From the human T2T-CHM13v2.0 reference genome, Homo sapiens, in assembly GCF_009914755.1 (NCBI RefSeq), contig NC_060947.1: a stretch of 64,000 nucleotides of DNA. One strand, 5' to 3'. Positions 1 to 16,809 of the stretch are shown here, in pieces. Position numbers and translations under genes: made by a program. The notes under the pieces are model-generated. The model had not been told where the DNA came from, did not search any database, and worked only from the letters and a program-made list of their open reading frames with translations. The number at the start of each line of letters is the position of its first letter. Position 1 is the stretch's first letter.

Positions 1-2442
1 GTTCAAAATAGTACTCAGCCAAGAACTTCTTCCTTTCCCCAAAACACATGAGTCTAAAGAGATGGCTACCACACAATGTGGAATGTATGACATTTGTCAC
101 CTTGCAGAATGTGATTAAAATCATGGCTCCCAGAGCCAGCAAAAAGTCTGCCAATGTGTTATAACCATGAAAGGAGTAGGTGAAAAGTGTTTTTTAAATT
201 ATTTGGATAGAAAGTAGCTCTCCTGAAGTTTGCTACTTGCTGCTTCTACTATTTGAGTGTTTTTTTCTCCTTATGACTAAAGGGTAGTATGAAAGAGTCT
301 TAACACAACTGCACTTTTAATTTCTATCTGAGATTCACTTTATAACTGAGGACTAATGTGTATGTAACATGATTACCTCATTATTGAAAATGTGAAAGGA
401 CTAGCTGAAAATCACATCACCCTCCTTTATGTCTCTACACACACACAGGCACACACACAAAATAATTCCTTTGGAAGATAATTAGGAAGGATACCATTCC
501 TATACTCACAGAGGAACCCCAAAAGATTATCTAAGATACCCAATCTCCTAGAAAGAAGTGGGATTGGTTTCTCAGGGGGACATTTATGTGACTCTATGTT
601 GAAATGCAGATCAGAAAAGGGAAAACCTTTTAAAAGGCACTGAAGGAGAGGCAAGACAGAAATTCAGTAGTTTGTCAAGACTGGACAAGCTACTCCAACC
701 AGGTACATTTTACAAGATACATATTCCCTGGACCATGAAGATGCCTTTTCATAAAATGGAATTTAAAAAAGATAAAGAGTTTCCCAAAATAAGCATGGTG
801 ATTGGCATAATGGTTAGCTGTGTTGTATGACTTTCAAAAAGTCACTGAACCTCTCCAGTTCTCAGATTCCTCATCACTAAAATGAGGAGGTAGGGCTATA
901 TTGCTAAAGTTCTTTCCCACCACTATGGCTCATGATGTAATATATCAGGCCTACTCTTCTATTAATCTGGTTTCTAACTAAGACATCCCAAAACCTCTAC
1001 CCCCAACCCTTACCTAACACCCCCCACTTCCCTCACCCTCCCTATACCCCTTAAAACTGATCTTAATGATGCTATCTGCAGATTTCTCACCTTAATGAAG
1101 GGCAGACAGGTGACACAGGGCAGGGACCTGTGGCAACTGGCATCCTTCTGTGTCCTTGGAGGCAGCCCTATGGCAAGGCTTGGAGCCATTGCCTCCTTTG
1201 ATCTCTACCCACATGCACATTTCCTGCTGCTTCCCAAAGGTATTCCAAGATGGTGTCACTGACAGTGAGAAGAGGTAGTTGAGGATACTGCTGCAATCCA
1301 CCTCTCCCCCGACTGCAGCATAGTACTTTGGGTTTCTCAAGCTATTCCCTTGGAGGTGATAGTCAAAAATGCCTTTTAAGACATATGCTTAGAATTTGAC
1401 AAACAAAACAAGTTATTTCAAAGTAGTCACCAGAAATTCAAAGCATTCAACCTGTCAACAAAGATCCTTCCTCACTTTGCAAATGATTGGCAATTTGAGA
1501 CTGGAGACCCAGCCAGTGAATCTGTGCTGTAGAAGAAATAAACACTAAGCTGATTGGTCTTACTAAATGCAAGCAAGCTGTGTTCATGGCTACACACAAA
1601 CCATGGAAGTCTGCATATAGCACCCCATGCAACTCTCCATCAAGGCCTCTGATGGTCTAATTCCCTAAGAGAGAGGAAGTTGCGCATCACTCAGTTAATG
1701 TACTCTCCCAGCATCTGAAAGCAATATATTAATTATCCAAATGCATAAATTACTCCAGAGCATATATATGAATGTATGAACCTCCAGGAGGGAACCAAAA
1801 GAATCCATTTCCAAAGCACCACTGAAATGAAGACAAACACAATTCCCTGGGGCAGGGTAGCTGGGAAACTGGAAGAAAAAATTAGCTCCAGTACCCTTCT
1901 GCACCCCAAAACTCCCTACCTTTTTTCCAGCTTACATAGCTCCTGAAACTATTCCCTTTTGTAAGCCTGAGGTGAGTGCTTTCTCCAGCTGCTGCACAGG
2001 ATAGTAACTATACAAAACAGCACACACTCAATTCTCTCTAGCTTCCCACTTCCAAACTACGTGTTATACACTGTCTTCCACACATACTGTGCTCTTCAAT
2101 AAAAAATGATCTAGAATATGGAAAATTTAAACAAATTTAAGCACATTGAAAACGTCGATGTATAGCCACCTGTTAACAGTCCCAGTATTCGTATAAATTC
2201 AAACAATAAGCTTTAGAGCACATTCTGATTAATCTGTCTTTAGAGGTACTCCCTAAGCATACCAAAATAGACTGGTGTTCACATGGTATTACTCAAGTAG
2301 TACATTGTTCCAATAAAAAGTCCTGTTAAAAAACATCCCCTCCCCACAACCCTTGTCCTCACCCTCAAAACAAGAACCAATAAAAGGGGGAAAATGATTA
2401 AAAGCATTTTTGCTGATAATCTGCAGCTCTTGATTTGGCCGT
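1..2442 (-). other. AMOT: AMOT 3'UTR (continues beyond the left edge)
   Basis: Directly downstream of the stop codon in the terminal exon; no Alu. I did not spot a sense AATAAA, and AMOT is known to have a long 3'UTR. Confidence 0.8.
812..915 (+). mobile_element. MIR fragment within the 3'UTR
   Basis: aagtcactgaacctctc..ttctcagattcctcatcactaaaatgagg core. Confidence 0.55.
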
Positions 2443-2568
<126 letters not shown>

Positions 2569-2858
2569 TTAGGGATGAAGAAAAAACCCATATTTCTAGA
2601 ACCAGACACCATCAGAGCCCTCATGAAGCCAATGGCAAAGTGAGACTTGCCTGCCACCTCCCTCATTTACTTCTGCTAAGATAATGGCCTCTACTCATGC
2701 CTGTTCCCATCTTGGTGGATGAGAAGTCATTTACAGACTCTCTTCTCTCTCCTTTAGAACGTGAAAAACTCAGTCCAAATGATAACTCTGCCCAGACATC
2801 AGACAACAAGAAATAAATCTGTATTTGAGAGCAGAACTAAACCAAAACCTACCTGCTA

Positions 2859-3572
<714 letters not shown>

Positions 3573-4566
3573 TCAAATCCAGACATCTAATTACCTGTTC
3601 TCCCATTCAAATTTCAGAAGAAATTTATTTATTTTTAAATAAGTAAATATTATTTAAATATTTAAAATATTATTATTTTTAAATATTAAATAATTTAAAA
3701 TAGTCTAAGTTATTTATTTTTGCCTCCAGGGAACCCAGAAATCAGTGTGTGAGGCTCCTCCAACCATGGCTAAAAGTTTCCTACAGACTTCGAGGATCCC
3801 TTCTGGTCCTCATCCATCACCTGGCACAACATATTAAGCCTGTAAGTGACCTGGGTATCTGTTTTGATTTATTTTTCCAATGGTGATTGGGTTCCACCAA
3901 GTTGTCAGAATGCTCCTACTCGGCTCCACTTATAAACCATTACCACACGTTACCAGGGAGCAAGAAAGGATCTGGGGAAGAAGTCTGTTGACACAGATTG
4001 AGTGTGGTAATAATTGTGTGATCTGAGGTTCTCACCATGACCATAGTCCCCAAAATGCTTATTCTAACCAAAAGATATTACAAGTATCAGAGGACCAAGA
4101 AAGGAATTAACAGCAACAAAAAGGGTTAAAATAAAAATATATATAAGCTTCCTTCCTCGGGCTCTAAAAATGTGCCTCGTGGTATCCACAATATGTCTGG
4201 GGTTTTGATTAGAGGGGAGGGAATGGACAGGAACGGAATGAAAAAGTACATTCTGTTCTCATCTCACAACACTGTGGGAACAAAACCTGCTACCCAAACG
4301 ATTTAGTGTAACTAAAACTCTGGGTTCTCCTATTATAGAGGAGGAAGGAACACAGAAATGCCGGAATTTTGACATTTGGAACGACACAAAGGCCACATGG
4401 GCTTTGGAGAAAGATAAAGGTGCCACATGGCAAAGGCCAAATCTGAGAATAGTTTAGAGGAAATTAGAGTTATCTTCCTTGACACCCAAATGAAACTCAA
4501 GATTCTTGTCCTCTAAGCCTTGGCCTCAATCGGTATTCTCACCGGGAGACTTCAAAGTGTGGAGGA

Positions 4567-4637
4567 GCTCCAGAATGTGGAACTAGGGTCTCAGGAGGAA
4601 AAAAAAACTCCAAAACCCTGGTACACCTTCCTCTCTA
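4567..4637 (-). ncRNA. MIR4329: pre-miR-4329 hairpin (mature CCUGAGACCCUAGUUCCAC at 4577-4595)
   Basis: Sequence recognised from memory as the MIR4329 precursor annotated in an AMOT intron; visible stem AGGGUUUUGGAG / CUCCUGAGACCCU around a U-rich loop. Confidence 0.8.
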
Positions 4638-4720
4638 GAACCTGGACCATCATCCCTTTTCCTTAAGCATGGGTGCTTATCTCAGGGCTCTCTTTGAACA
4701 CGTGACTATAATCTTCCTTA

Positions 4721-5317
<597 letters not shown>

Positions 5318-5728
5318 CCTTCTTGCTACCTCCACATTTTGGTCTAATTGACTACATGACTACGTGGAGCTCCCATTATCTTTTCGACTAAAGGCTGATC
5401 TAGTTAGTTCTGAGTTGGAAAACAAGGGATGGTGTGCTACAGTTTTTAAAACATGTTTTTTCTTTTTTCTGCACACCCAAATGGATACAGCAGAGCATCC
5501 AGGAGCTGTTGCTTAAATCTTAGTAAGTCACAATAAAGTACCAGTGAAAAAAAAGGCTGAATATGAGAGAATGAACTGATGTACTAGGTGCTGTAGTGAA
5601 GAATCTCAGTCAATGGAAACAATTTACTCAGTGAGAAGATGAGATCTATGAATGAGCGACAACCTGCAGGTAGTAAGTAAATGATCATGTGTTTATAAAA
5701 GGAATCAGGTATCCTACCTCCACTTTGA

Positions 5729-6101
<373 letters not shown>

Positions 6102-6387
6102 TAGAAAGAATACTCCAGAGTGCAAATGCCAACAATTCAGCTCAGGCAGAGGGAAGAGGAAAAGCAATTAGGAAGGCCAAAGGGACAGAAACCCTACCTG
6201 GAATTCCATGTTTAGTGGAGATTATCAAGGTAAAGGTCATTGCATCTCACACCTTTAAGTGACAGGCTGGCAGGGGTGATGGTGGAGCGGGGAGGCTGCA
6301 TGATCAGATTTCCTAGCTGTGAATAAAGATCCTATGTGGTCTCTATATCAATGTCTCAGATTCCTCAGGGTCCAGAACAACATTTTA

Positions 6388-6564
<177 letters not shown>

Positions 6565-6818
6565 TTATCTTTCTTCTAAGTCAAGGAAGGCTTTTCTGGA
6601 AAGTCCTAAGCTGAAATCAAGCACATTTGGAACAGATGGTTTCTGGGGAACTAACCCGTAAGAGCCTCCAAAATAGGACAGTTCAGCGTTCAGGGTAGAA
6701 GGCAACGTTATTAGTATAGAAGTGGCTGCAAAAGTCAGTGAGGGATGAGATATGCACAGACTTGCCTTCAGAACTGAACAGATATCATCCCAAAACCTTC
6801 TGGCAGATAGCCCCTTCA

Positions 6819-7181
<363 letters not shown>

Positions 7182-7537
7182 TTATTCTCCTAGAAGTCAT
7201 AGAGGGGGAAAGGTCAGACTTTCAAGAAAGTCAGAGGGTATACTAAGTAACTTATGGCTACAGATGAACATTGGTAAATACACCTGAGTACTAGAAGCAA
7301 ACAACAGACACATCAGCTAAGATTAGGTAGGGCATGTGAGCTAATAAATAGTGCCTTTGAGTCAGTCCCACTCGATTCCTATCTAATCTACATCTGAAAC
7401 ATTCTAGCACCAAATCAATGGGTCTACCCCAACAAAGTGACTGTTCTCTTGCCAGAGTTCTAACTGCATAAAGGACCATCATGTTCCATTTGAAAGTGTC
7501 TCAGGCCATTAACTCAAAGACCAATTAATAAGGAAAA

Positions 7538-7540
<3 letters not shown>

Positions 7541-7570
<30 letters not shown>
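7541..7570. repeat. (TG)15 microsatellite
   Basis: Direct reading. Confidence 0.95.
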
Positions 7571-7571
<1 letters not shown>

Positions 7572-8072
7572 TGGGCGGGTGAGGGAGGTTATTAGGATTA
7601 GGGAGAATACTGATGCAATTATATTGGTCTTCAAGGAAATCAGACAATAGACCGAGAAAACAATGAACTGGCACTGCTTCATTATACTTCCTAAGAGAAT
7701 GGGGATCTGCAAGAGAACTCCAGGCATGTTTTCTGTTGGGAGCTAACTATGTTCTCTTAGCTTCAAGATTATGTCTAGTGCAGATGGGGATGAAGCGGCA
7801 AGAAAAAGAGGCAGAAAGTTGCTATTAAGATTGGGGATTTTGGTGAGCCTCTATAAAATTACTGTTCCCCAAAATATACGTGTACCTTATATGCAAGGTT
7901 GAAACCATTTATGGAATGATGAAATAATTGGAGAACAAGAAGGGGAAAGAATACAATGGCTTTCATCATTTGCCAAACTCAAAATATTTTACCATCTCAG
8001 CATTCTATACTTTCTCTAGTGCAATTCACTGGCTTGTAGTCCTACTGGGTACCCAAGAAGAAGCAGCATTTG

Positions 8073-8310
8073 CATAGTGCTTGAGAGCACAGGCTCTGAA
8101 TACAGACAACTCAGCAGGTCCCAGCTTCTCCAAGTACACTCTGCCCCTAACAAGCTTTATGACCTCTGAAAGTCAAATTACCTGCTCTAAGCATGCCGCT
8201 TCATATGCCAAGTGGGAACAATATTTGTAACTTCATCTCATAGAGGATAAAATTATGCATGTAAAAACAGTGTCAGGCATGGTCAAAACACTCAACAAAG
8301 CTATTATTAA
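8073..8310 (+). mobile_element. MIR
   Basis: gagagcacaggctctg...aagtca.attacct.ctctaagc...gcatgtaaa...gctattatta. Confidence 0.65.
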
Positions 8311-8322
8311 GAGAGAACCACA

Positions 8323-8450
8323 TAACTCAGGAGGCTGAGGCAAAGGGATTGCTTAAGGCCAAGAGTTCAAGGCTGCAGTCAGTTACGACTGTGTCACTGC
8401 ATTCCATCTTGGGTGACACAGCAAGACCCCTGTCTCTCAAAGAAAAAGAG
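8323..8450 (+). mobile_element. Old Alu fragment (AluJ right arm/FRAM-like) with GA-rich tail
   Basis: ggaggctgagg...gagttcaaggctgcagt...gcaagacccctgtctc, AluJ-like. Confidence 0.8.
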
Positions 8451-9269
8451 AAGGAGGGAAAGAGAGAGGTGGAGGAGAGCGAGAGCGAGAGAGAATGAAT
8501 CACATAGGTGGAAAGATGGAAGGAGACTAACATACAGAGATTACAAGAGATTCTGACTTGAAAGAATTCCAGCTCTTGGTAAAATCCTGGAAGCAATTCC
8601 TGTACTGCAGAATTCCAATGTGAAGGTTGGGGCCTTAGAGCCAGGACTGTTGAAAAGTGCATGGTGTCTACGGACACTGGGGAACTGAGCATACGGTTTG
8701 TCACTGGGGGAACTAGTGCTGGCCTGCTGCCACTTTCATTGCATAAAAGACCATTTTGGGGACTCAGAGCCCTGCCAGCTAATTGATATGGACACTGTTA
8801 ACTCCTCAGGAATGGAGCCTGAAAATGTGGGGCACTTAGTGAATTCCGACAGGGCTGCCAGGGCAGCCCTCAGCATCAATCTTCCTTCTAGAAGACTAGG
8901 GCTACCAGGCCAATGGCTTAGGCAAAAGCAAGCAAGCACAGTATTTGAACGAGCAACTTGACCTGCTACCTTCCAATACTCCAAGACGTTCTTTAAGAAC
9001 ATCAGGAGAGAGAGATGCTGGGCTACGATCTGAAAATAAAACCTGCAAACCCCAAACTGCATATTCCTGATGTTGACAACCTCCATCTCAAATTCTTAAG
9101 TAAACAGTTTGTCATCTTCTTTCTCCTTCTTTTTTTTGACGAAGTTATCCCATCACATTGCTCAAACTGCTTTCTAGCATGTCACCAATAAACTCCTAAA
9201 ACACCTAGTGGCCTTTCAAACTTCAAGCCTATCTTTTCCTATCAGCATCATCGTTTTGTTTATTTAATA

Positions 9270-9890
9270 TGTGAACTCTACGTAAGTGGAGCACTGTGTT
9301 TGAAGTTCCTGGGAGGCTGGAGAGGGGAAAGGCATGGATAAGACTAGTCCTTAACTGTAGGAAACTTACAAGGGAAGAGAAAAAAGTCAATAATTAACTA
9401 GTACAGCAGTGAGTTTGGACTTTATTCCAATAGGCGCTGAAAATTATTAGAGCTTTCCAAGGGAATAAAATGATCTAAGCCATGCCTTAGGAAGACGGCC
9501 TTATCTCTCGTAGAAATGTGACAGAAAGATAAGAGAAGTGAAACACTGGAATCAGGCAGACCAGTCAGCAAGGTGATTGTAATAATCCCAGCAACAGATC
9601 ATGAAACTATGCACCAGCGAAGTGGCAACGGAAATGGAAATAGGCTATAGGAAGTAGAACTGATAGAATTTGGAGACAATATCAATGTGGGAGTTAGGGA
9701 GATGGAAGAATGAATAACAACTTTGTTCTTTCGAACTCAAATGCCTAGGAAAGATGAAATACTGTTTGCTGTAAAAGGAAACTGAGGAAAGGCTCTTTTG
9801 GAAAGCACTGCAATGGGTTTTGATTTTAGGTACACTGGAGTGAAAGTGACTTAAGAATTGCCATATGCCAGTATCTAACAAGTTGTTCAA
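9270..9890 (-). mobile_element. L2 fragment
   Basis: gagtttggactttattcc..., gcaaggtgattgtaataatcca..., typical of reverse L2; approximate. Confidence 0.6.
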
Positions 9891-11099
9891 AGTTCTAACT
9901 TTAATTTTAGAGATATCAGAGTTACTATTACGGTTATTATCATTGCTATTATTACTGAGAAGCTAGAGCAGAGAACAATATAACTAAGACAGAAGGTAGG
10001 ATGAGAAGAAAGCAGAGGAAGGAAATTGAGAAATGCCTACAAAGAGGGAATAGGTAGACATGCATTATGTGTGTGAACAGCTTCTACCTTCTGCTTCCCT
10101 TTTCTTTACTTCCTCCTTTCCAGAATTTACTTTTGCTCAAAATAAACATGAAACATTACACATTCTGAGAAAGGTAGCAACCTAATTCAGTAAATGCAAG
10201 CTGATAAAAATTACATAGTTGACTGGGTGGGTTATCTTGTCATCCTTTTGCTGCTCTTCAGAAATAAATTCATTGTTTATGAGCTGAAACTAAAAATCTG
10301 CATTGCCAAATTGGTTCTTCTGCGAATGAACAAGGAATCCTACTCAGTAGTAATTTCCCCTCATCTATATTAAGCATCTAGAGAGGACTCCCTAGGGACA
10401 AAATAATATGGAGCCTTAATTCAGGCCATATTATTGTGATTATTTATAATATTTCCAGGTAACTAAATAATTAGCCTCAATTAGTATCTTACTGAACAGC
10501 TAATAATTCCTATTTTACCATCTTTGAGCTACACCATTTCTAAGAAGCAGCAGAATTATAGCAGCTAAGGAGACAAAAATACAGATTTAAATCCTAGTTC
10601 TTCTGCCATTTAGTAGCTGTGTGTGATCTTGGGCAAATTATCTAAATAAAATGAAAGAAATAAATTTCCTGTTATCACTTTGAACAAAACAAATATTTTA
10701 AGTATCAAATACTCATTTTAGATATGCCAAAATATCTTCAATTTTCTCTCTCTTTCTCTTTATCTCTTGGCCCTCTTAACCTTTCATCAAGGAAAATTCA
10801 CCTAAACATACAGCTGACCAATCTCACAGAGTTGCTGTATCTGATGTTTAAGATGCATCTCAGGATAAAGGGCAATGCCAGCACTTTCCATATGCATCAA
10901 AATGCCTCCTCCTGGACTCTTTAAGGCTAAAAACCTAGGTTTTCACGCTCTGATCTTGTCTGAAATCGTTAACATCAACAGCTTTCCCTTTGACAAGAGG
11001 TGTATCATAATATCAAAGTGTTGGAAGGGGTATAAATAGACCACCTAATACGACTTATCACCTGAGAAAAGACACTTGCCTGTTCTTATATTATAATCT

Positions 11100-11525
11100 A
11101 TATTTTATTATTCACAATGGCCAAAAACTGGAAACGACCCCAATATGCATATATCCAAATATGCATACATAAACTGTGATACATCCACACCATGGAACAC
11201 TACTCAGCATCAACTTGAATGGGTTTCAAAATCATTGTGTTGAGTGCAATATGTCAAACAAGAAGAGTAAATGCAATATGATTCCTTTTATATGACATTC
11301 TGGAAAAGAAAATTATAATTTTATGACAAAATAACAGATTAGTCATTGCCTGGGGTCAGGCATGGGAGGAAGCGATCAAATTCAAGGGCACAAGAACACT
11401 TTAGAACAGGTCCTCTGTGTTAATTGTGGTGGTGGTTACACTATTGTATACAATTACCAACATTCATCAAACCGTACGCTTACAACAGGTGATTTTTTAA
11501 TATGTAACCAATATCATAATTGAAA
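11100..11525 (+). mobile_element. Old L1 (L1M) 3' fragment
   Basis: ttcacaatggccaaaaactggaaac, atggaacactactcagc, atgattcc..tatatgacattctggaaaag motifs typical of L1M 3' ends; boundaries approximate. Confidence 0.75.
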
Positions 11526-11856
11526 AAAATTGTCTTACCCAACTACCATTGATACCATCCAAGCAAGATATCCTAATTGTGAAATCTGTCATTTACCAAA
11601 TGAGCTATTAGGTTTGGAATATATTAAGTTTGAGATCCTGGTAGAATACACAGAAACCAAGCAGATCATTGAAATGTGGCACCAGATTTAGGGATATAAT
11701 TTATACATTTAGAAATTGTTTCCTTCTTGCTTTCACATCTTCCTTTCTCCTTCCTTCCATTTTTCTTCTTTCTTTTCTACTTTCCTTCCTTCCTCAAATA
11801 CACTTGAGCACTTTCCAATTGTAGCCAATATCCTAGACACTTGAAAATTATTTTGA

Positions 11857-12217
<361 letters not shown>

Positions 12218-14439
12218 TCAATAGCTACATTTAAGATTGAGAGAAAGAAGAGGAAAACAAGTAGACAAAAGGAATAAAAAGAAATGTTGGAAAGAAAGGC
12301 AGAAGAGCCCACAGGTTTTAAAATAAAGTTTTCTAAATGTTACCTCTCAAATATAGAATCTCATTTGAAAGGAAAGAGGAAAAGAAAACCAACCTCCATG
12401 GTAGAACGTAAGAGGCACTATCACTGGAAAAGTAATATAATCCTAGAAATAGGAAGGTCTGAAGGAATCACCTAGTCCAATTCCCATATTTTACAGAAAT
12501 TTCAATACAATCTCTCTGTCAGCATCTCCTGTGGATTGGATTAGTAGCATGCCAGAAAGACACACAGTCGTGATCTGGAATGTTCACCTGTGGAACTATT
12601 GGAAAGTGTTCTTTCTAGGTGGGAACCAGGCTGTGTTTTAGCCTGTTAAATGATAGGCATGCACATTTTGCCAAAAACAGTGATTAGATGAAAAGTTTCT
12701 ACGTGATGATTAAAATGAATTCAATTTAAATTAAATCTACCTTGTGGGAGCCAACAGATTCTGAAAATCCATCTGAAAGGGGTTTCCCCGAATACACAAA
12801 GCTTTCAAAGGACGAAGGAAGGAGGGTAGTTTCTTTATACAAGGCCCCCAAGTGACAACCCCTGAAGCTCTCCTGCATTTTGACCTGGAGTCTATTCTGA
12901 AGTAGGCACCATGAACCGTAGCTTTCTAGTATTTTCTCACACTGCACACTCTCGTGACCTGTATGTTTCTAAGCTTCTGCCTAAACGTGACAAAATTACC
13001 CTGTATCTTTCCACCTGTCAATAATAACAATGTTTTTTCAGCATCAGGGTTTCTTATATAACCTCTGAACAAGTGCTGGACACAGGTGTTTCCTTGGGAG
13101 CTAGCAGGTAAAATTACATTTAATTCTGCTTCTAACCTGCCTACAACCTTCGAGACCATCTTCTGGCAGAGCTGGGGCTTCTGTGCACTCTATTGCCACA
13201 CTGGCATGTATTGAGTATGCCTTGCTTAGGAAACAAGGCCAGGAAGCTTAAGTCCATGAGCTTAAGCTCAAAATCAAGCCACAGGCAGCTTCCATCCATT
13301 TGAGGCATAGATGATATCTAATGAAGACAAGCAGATGACATTAGAGAGACATGTCTTCCTAAAGAACCGAAGTGGGCTTATAAAGCACCGGTTCAGCTCT
13401 TAGCACTGAACCTCCCCACCTCTGATTTGGCATGGAAGGACTCAAAAATAAATGTATCCACTGCCCACTCCACATACATATCCCAACCCAAAGTCTGGCA
13501 AGCACTTCCAGACTCTGCTGGCTTACCACGTTTAGGAGAATGTTAAAAACAACACTGTGGTTTTTAATAACTTTCTGGGTAGAGACCTATCTGGGTGCAA
13601 TATACTGTAGCCTGCCTTTCATACCCAATTCCAGACCAAGGCTCTGTTATCGCCACAACCCAAGTCATCACCTGACTTTAATTCAGTTTTTGTTGTTGTT
13701 TCTTTTTCTCTTTCTCTTTCTTCCTTTCTTTTTACCCCAACTGATGATTTTGAGCAGCAGCAAGGTAAGACACATGAGGTAAGAGCAACTATTTCCTCCA
13801 AAGGCCAATAATTGACTTTTATAATTTGAAAAGGGGAACAAATAAGGAGCAAAAAGTAAAAATCCTCCAGCCACTTTCTCTCCCTTACCAGATGAAATGT
13901 GACCGCTCACGCACGATGAGGTTATGCACATAGAGAATGTGGCCTTCAAATATTGACCTTCCCAAAGGGCAGGGATGGGTTCAAGTTCAGCACAGCCTTT
14001 GACATACCTTGGACAAGCCAGAGCTATCAAATGACAGCAGCAACTCCTCAGTGACATTTAGTTTCTGAGTGGTAGTTTCTCTGGAGGGGCTTTCACTCCG
14101 GTCCTGGGGCTAAACAACCTGCATATGTGGCTGAAAGAATCTGTGGCTCTGGGGAAGGAGGGGTGCAAATTTTCAGCTGATCCCATCTGCAATCATTCTG
14201 GCTTCTGGGGAAAGCTGAACTATGATTCTAAGAAGTTTATAAAACAACTTTGATGTTCAAATCCCTGACCCTCTGTCTCTACAGCCGTTCATTCCCTGCA
14301 TAATCAGATGAAAGAAAACACACTTAGGCAGAAATTGGGGGGGAAACCCAGAATATTAAAGAAAATAAAACACTGGAAAAATCTATGAATCAGTGACCTT
14401 TCTGTTCTTCCCACTCATGCCCTACCAGCTACCTACTTA

Positions 14440-14661
<222 letters not shown>

Positions 14662-14946
14662 TTAGTGAGAGAAGAACCATGGTGTCTGAGCCCCTATTCT
14701 TGGAGAGGATTACTGCCCAGCCTACTTCTGTTTCGACTCTGATTCAGAAAGAAGCAGGGGGAATTCAGATCTCCTCCCAGGGCCACAGGACTTCCTATCA
14801 TGGGCTTGAATGTGAGGTTCCCTTGGCCAGGAAAGGGGCCTGTCATATCAAACTGTCATGCTACTCAGAAAGTGAATTAATGGCCTAAAAATTGCCATCC
14901 CTGCCTGCCAGCATAACACACAACAGAAATGGGAATTTAAAAATCT

Positions 14947-15233
<287 letters not shown>

Positions 15234-15668
15234 TTAGATCCTATCTTGCCCATAACTTGTTGTAGTTATCATTAGTGACTCATGCCAACTTTTCCTAGTC
15301 TTGATTTTCATTCATCTAAAACTGAAAAGTGGTACAGCCAGATGATTTCTGAAGACCATTTCTAGTTCTACAATATCAAGATGTGTATTTGTGTAGCAGC
15401 GCTAATTCTTACAGCGTCTACTGTTCCTGGAGTTCATGTGAAAATAAAAGGTGCAAGATAAAAGGCTTAAAGGATATTTCTGGGATAGGAAGCTAAGGAA
15501 ACAGACTTTGTATTCACAATTGGGAGGCACTCTGGAGTAAGATTAGGTGGGAGAAAAATGTAAAAATGAGCAAGTGTGTGCTTTCAGTGTTCATGTCAAA
15601 TGCTAACTGAAAAATAAGCAACCAGGAATAATGTCATTTTCTTACTTTTTTTTCCCTTTCTTCCTTTA

Positions 15669-15887
<219 letters not shown>

Positions 15888-16809
15888 TCAATTATGTATC
15901 CCCTAAATCCAGCCTTGTGTTTAGATCTCTTCTTGTTTTAGAGTCCAGCTGCAAAAAGGAATGGATGGCGAGAAGGTCCTTCACAATGAGTAGCAGGCTG
16001 CCTTGTATTGCTCATAAAGAGAATGTGAAGGAATCGAGAATACCTTTTAAACCTCTTCCTTCTTCCCTATCTCTATACCTTCCCAAAGTCTACTCTTATC
16101 AGTACCATCTATGTTAGATGGCCAAGTTTTTCAGATTCCCAATTATGCACATCCTTATCTCTGGCCTTTTTCATTCTCATATGGATTATTCTTGGGAAGG
16201 CATATCTTATTTTGGTTATTGCATTAGGCAAATGCTTTAAAAGGGTGGATCTCCAGGAAGAAAGGTTTGCTTTGGTATGGAAAGAAAGCCCACCCCTTTT
16301 ATGTAGCTGTCTCTTCTCCAAGTGGGAGAAAAAGGGTGATCAACTGCTGAAGGTACAAGAAAGTCAGAATTGTCTTTTTGAAGTCTTTGGTCCTGGTAAT
16401 CACCCCATATAATCCATCACTGCTCTCCTGGAAAGTTTCTGCTTCTCAAAAGTAAAGGCGTCACGTGATGGGTCAAAAGCCTTTAGTCTCCACATCGCCT
16501 AGCACTGCCTTGCTAGTTCTTTAGGTTATTTGTGATTGCTACTTCATGAGCCTGAATTGGAGACCCTGGGCTATAGTCTCTCAACTTTTATTCTGGAACC
16601 ATAAAAGATCCCGAAAGCCTCAAATTAATGACTCAAAAGTGAAACTAAATGAGTCAAACATTATTATTCCTCTTTGCAAGCCTATAAGCCATATCCAAAA
16701 GCAAATGTAGAAGCAAGTAGGGAATAAGAGTGTGAGTTCTTTGCAACCTTGTAGCTTATAAGCAAAAGCTTGACTATGCAGATAAAATAATGAGAAAGAT
16801 CTCAGAGCT

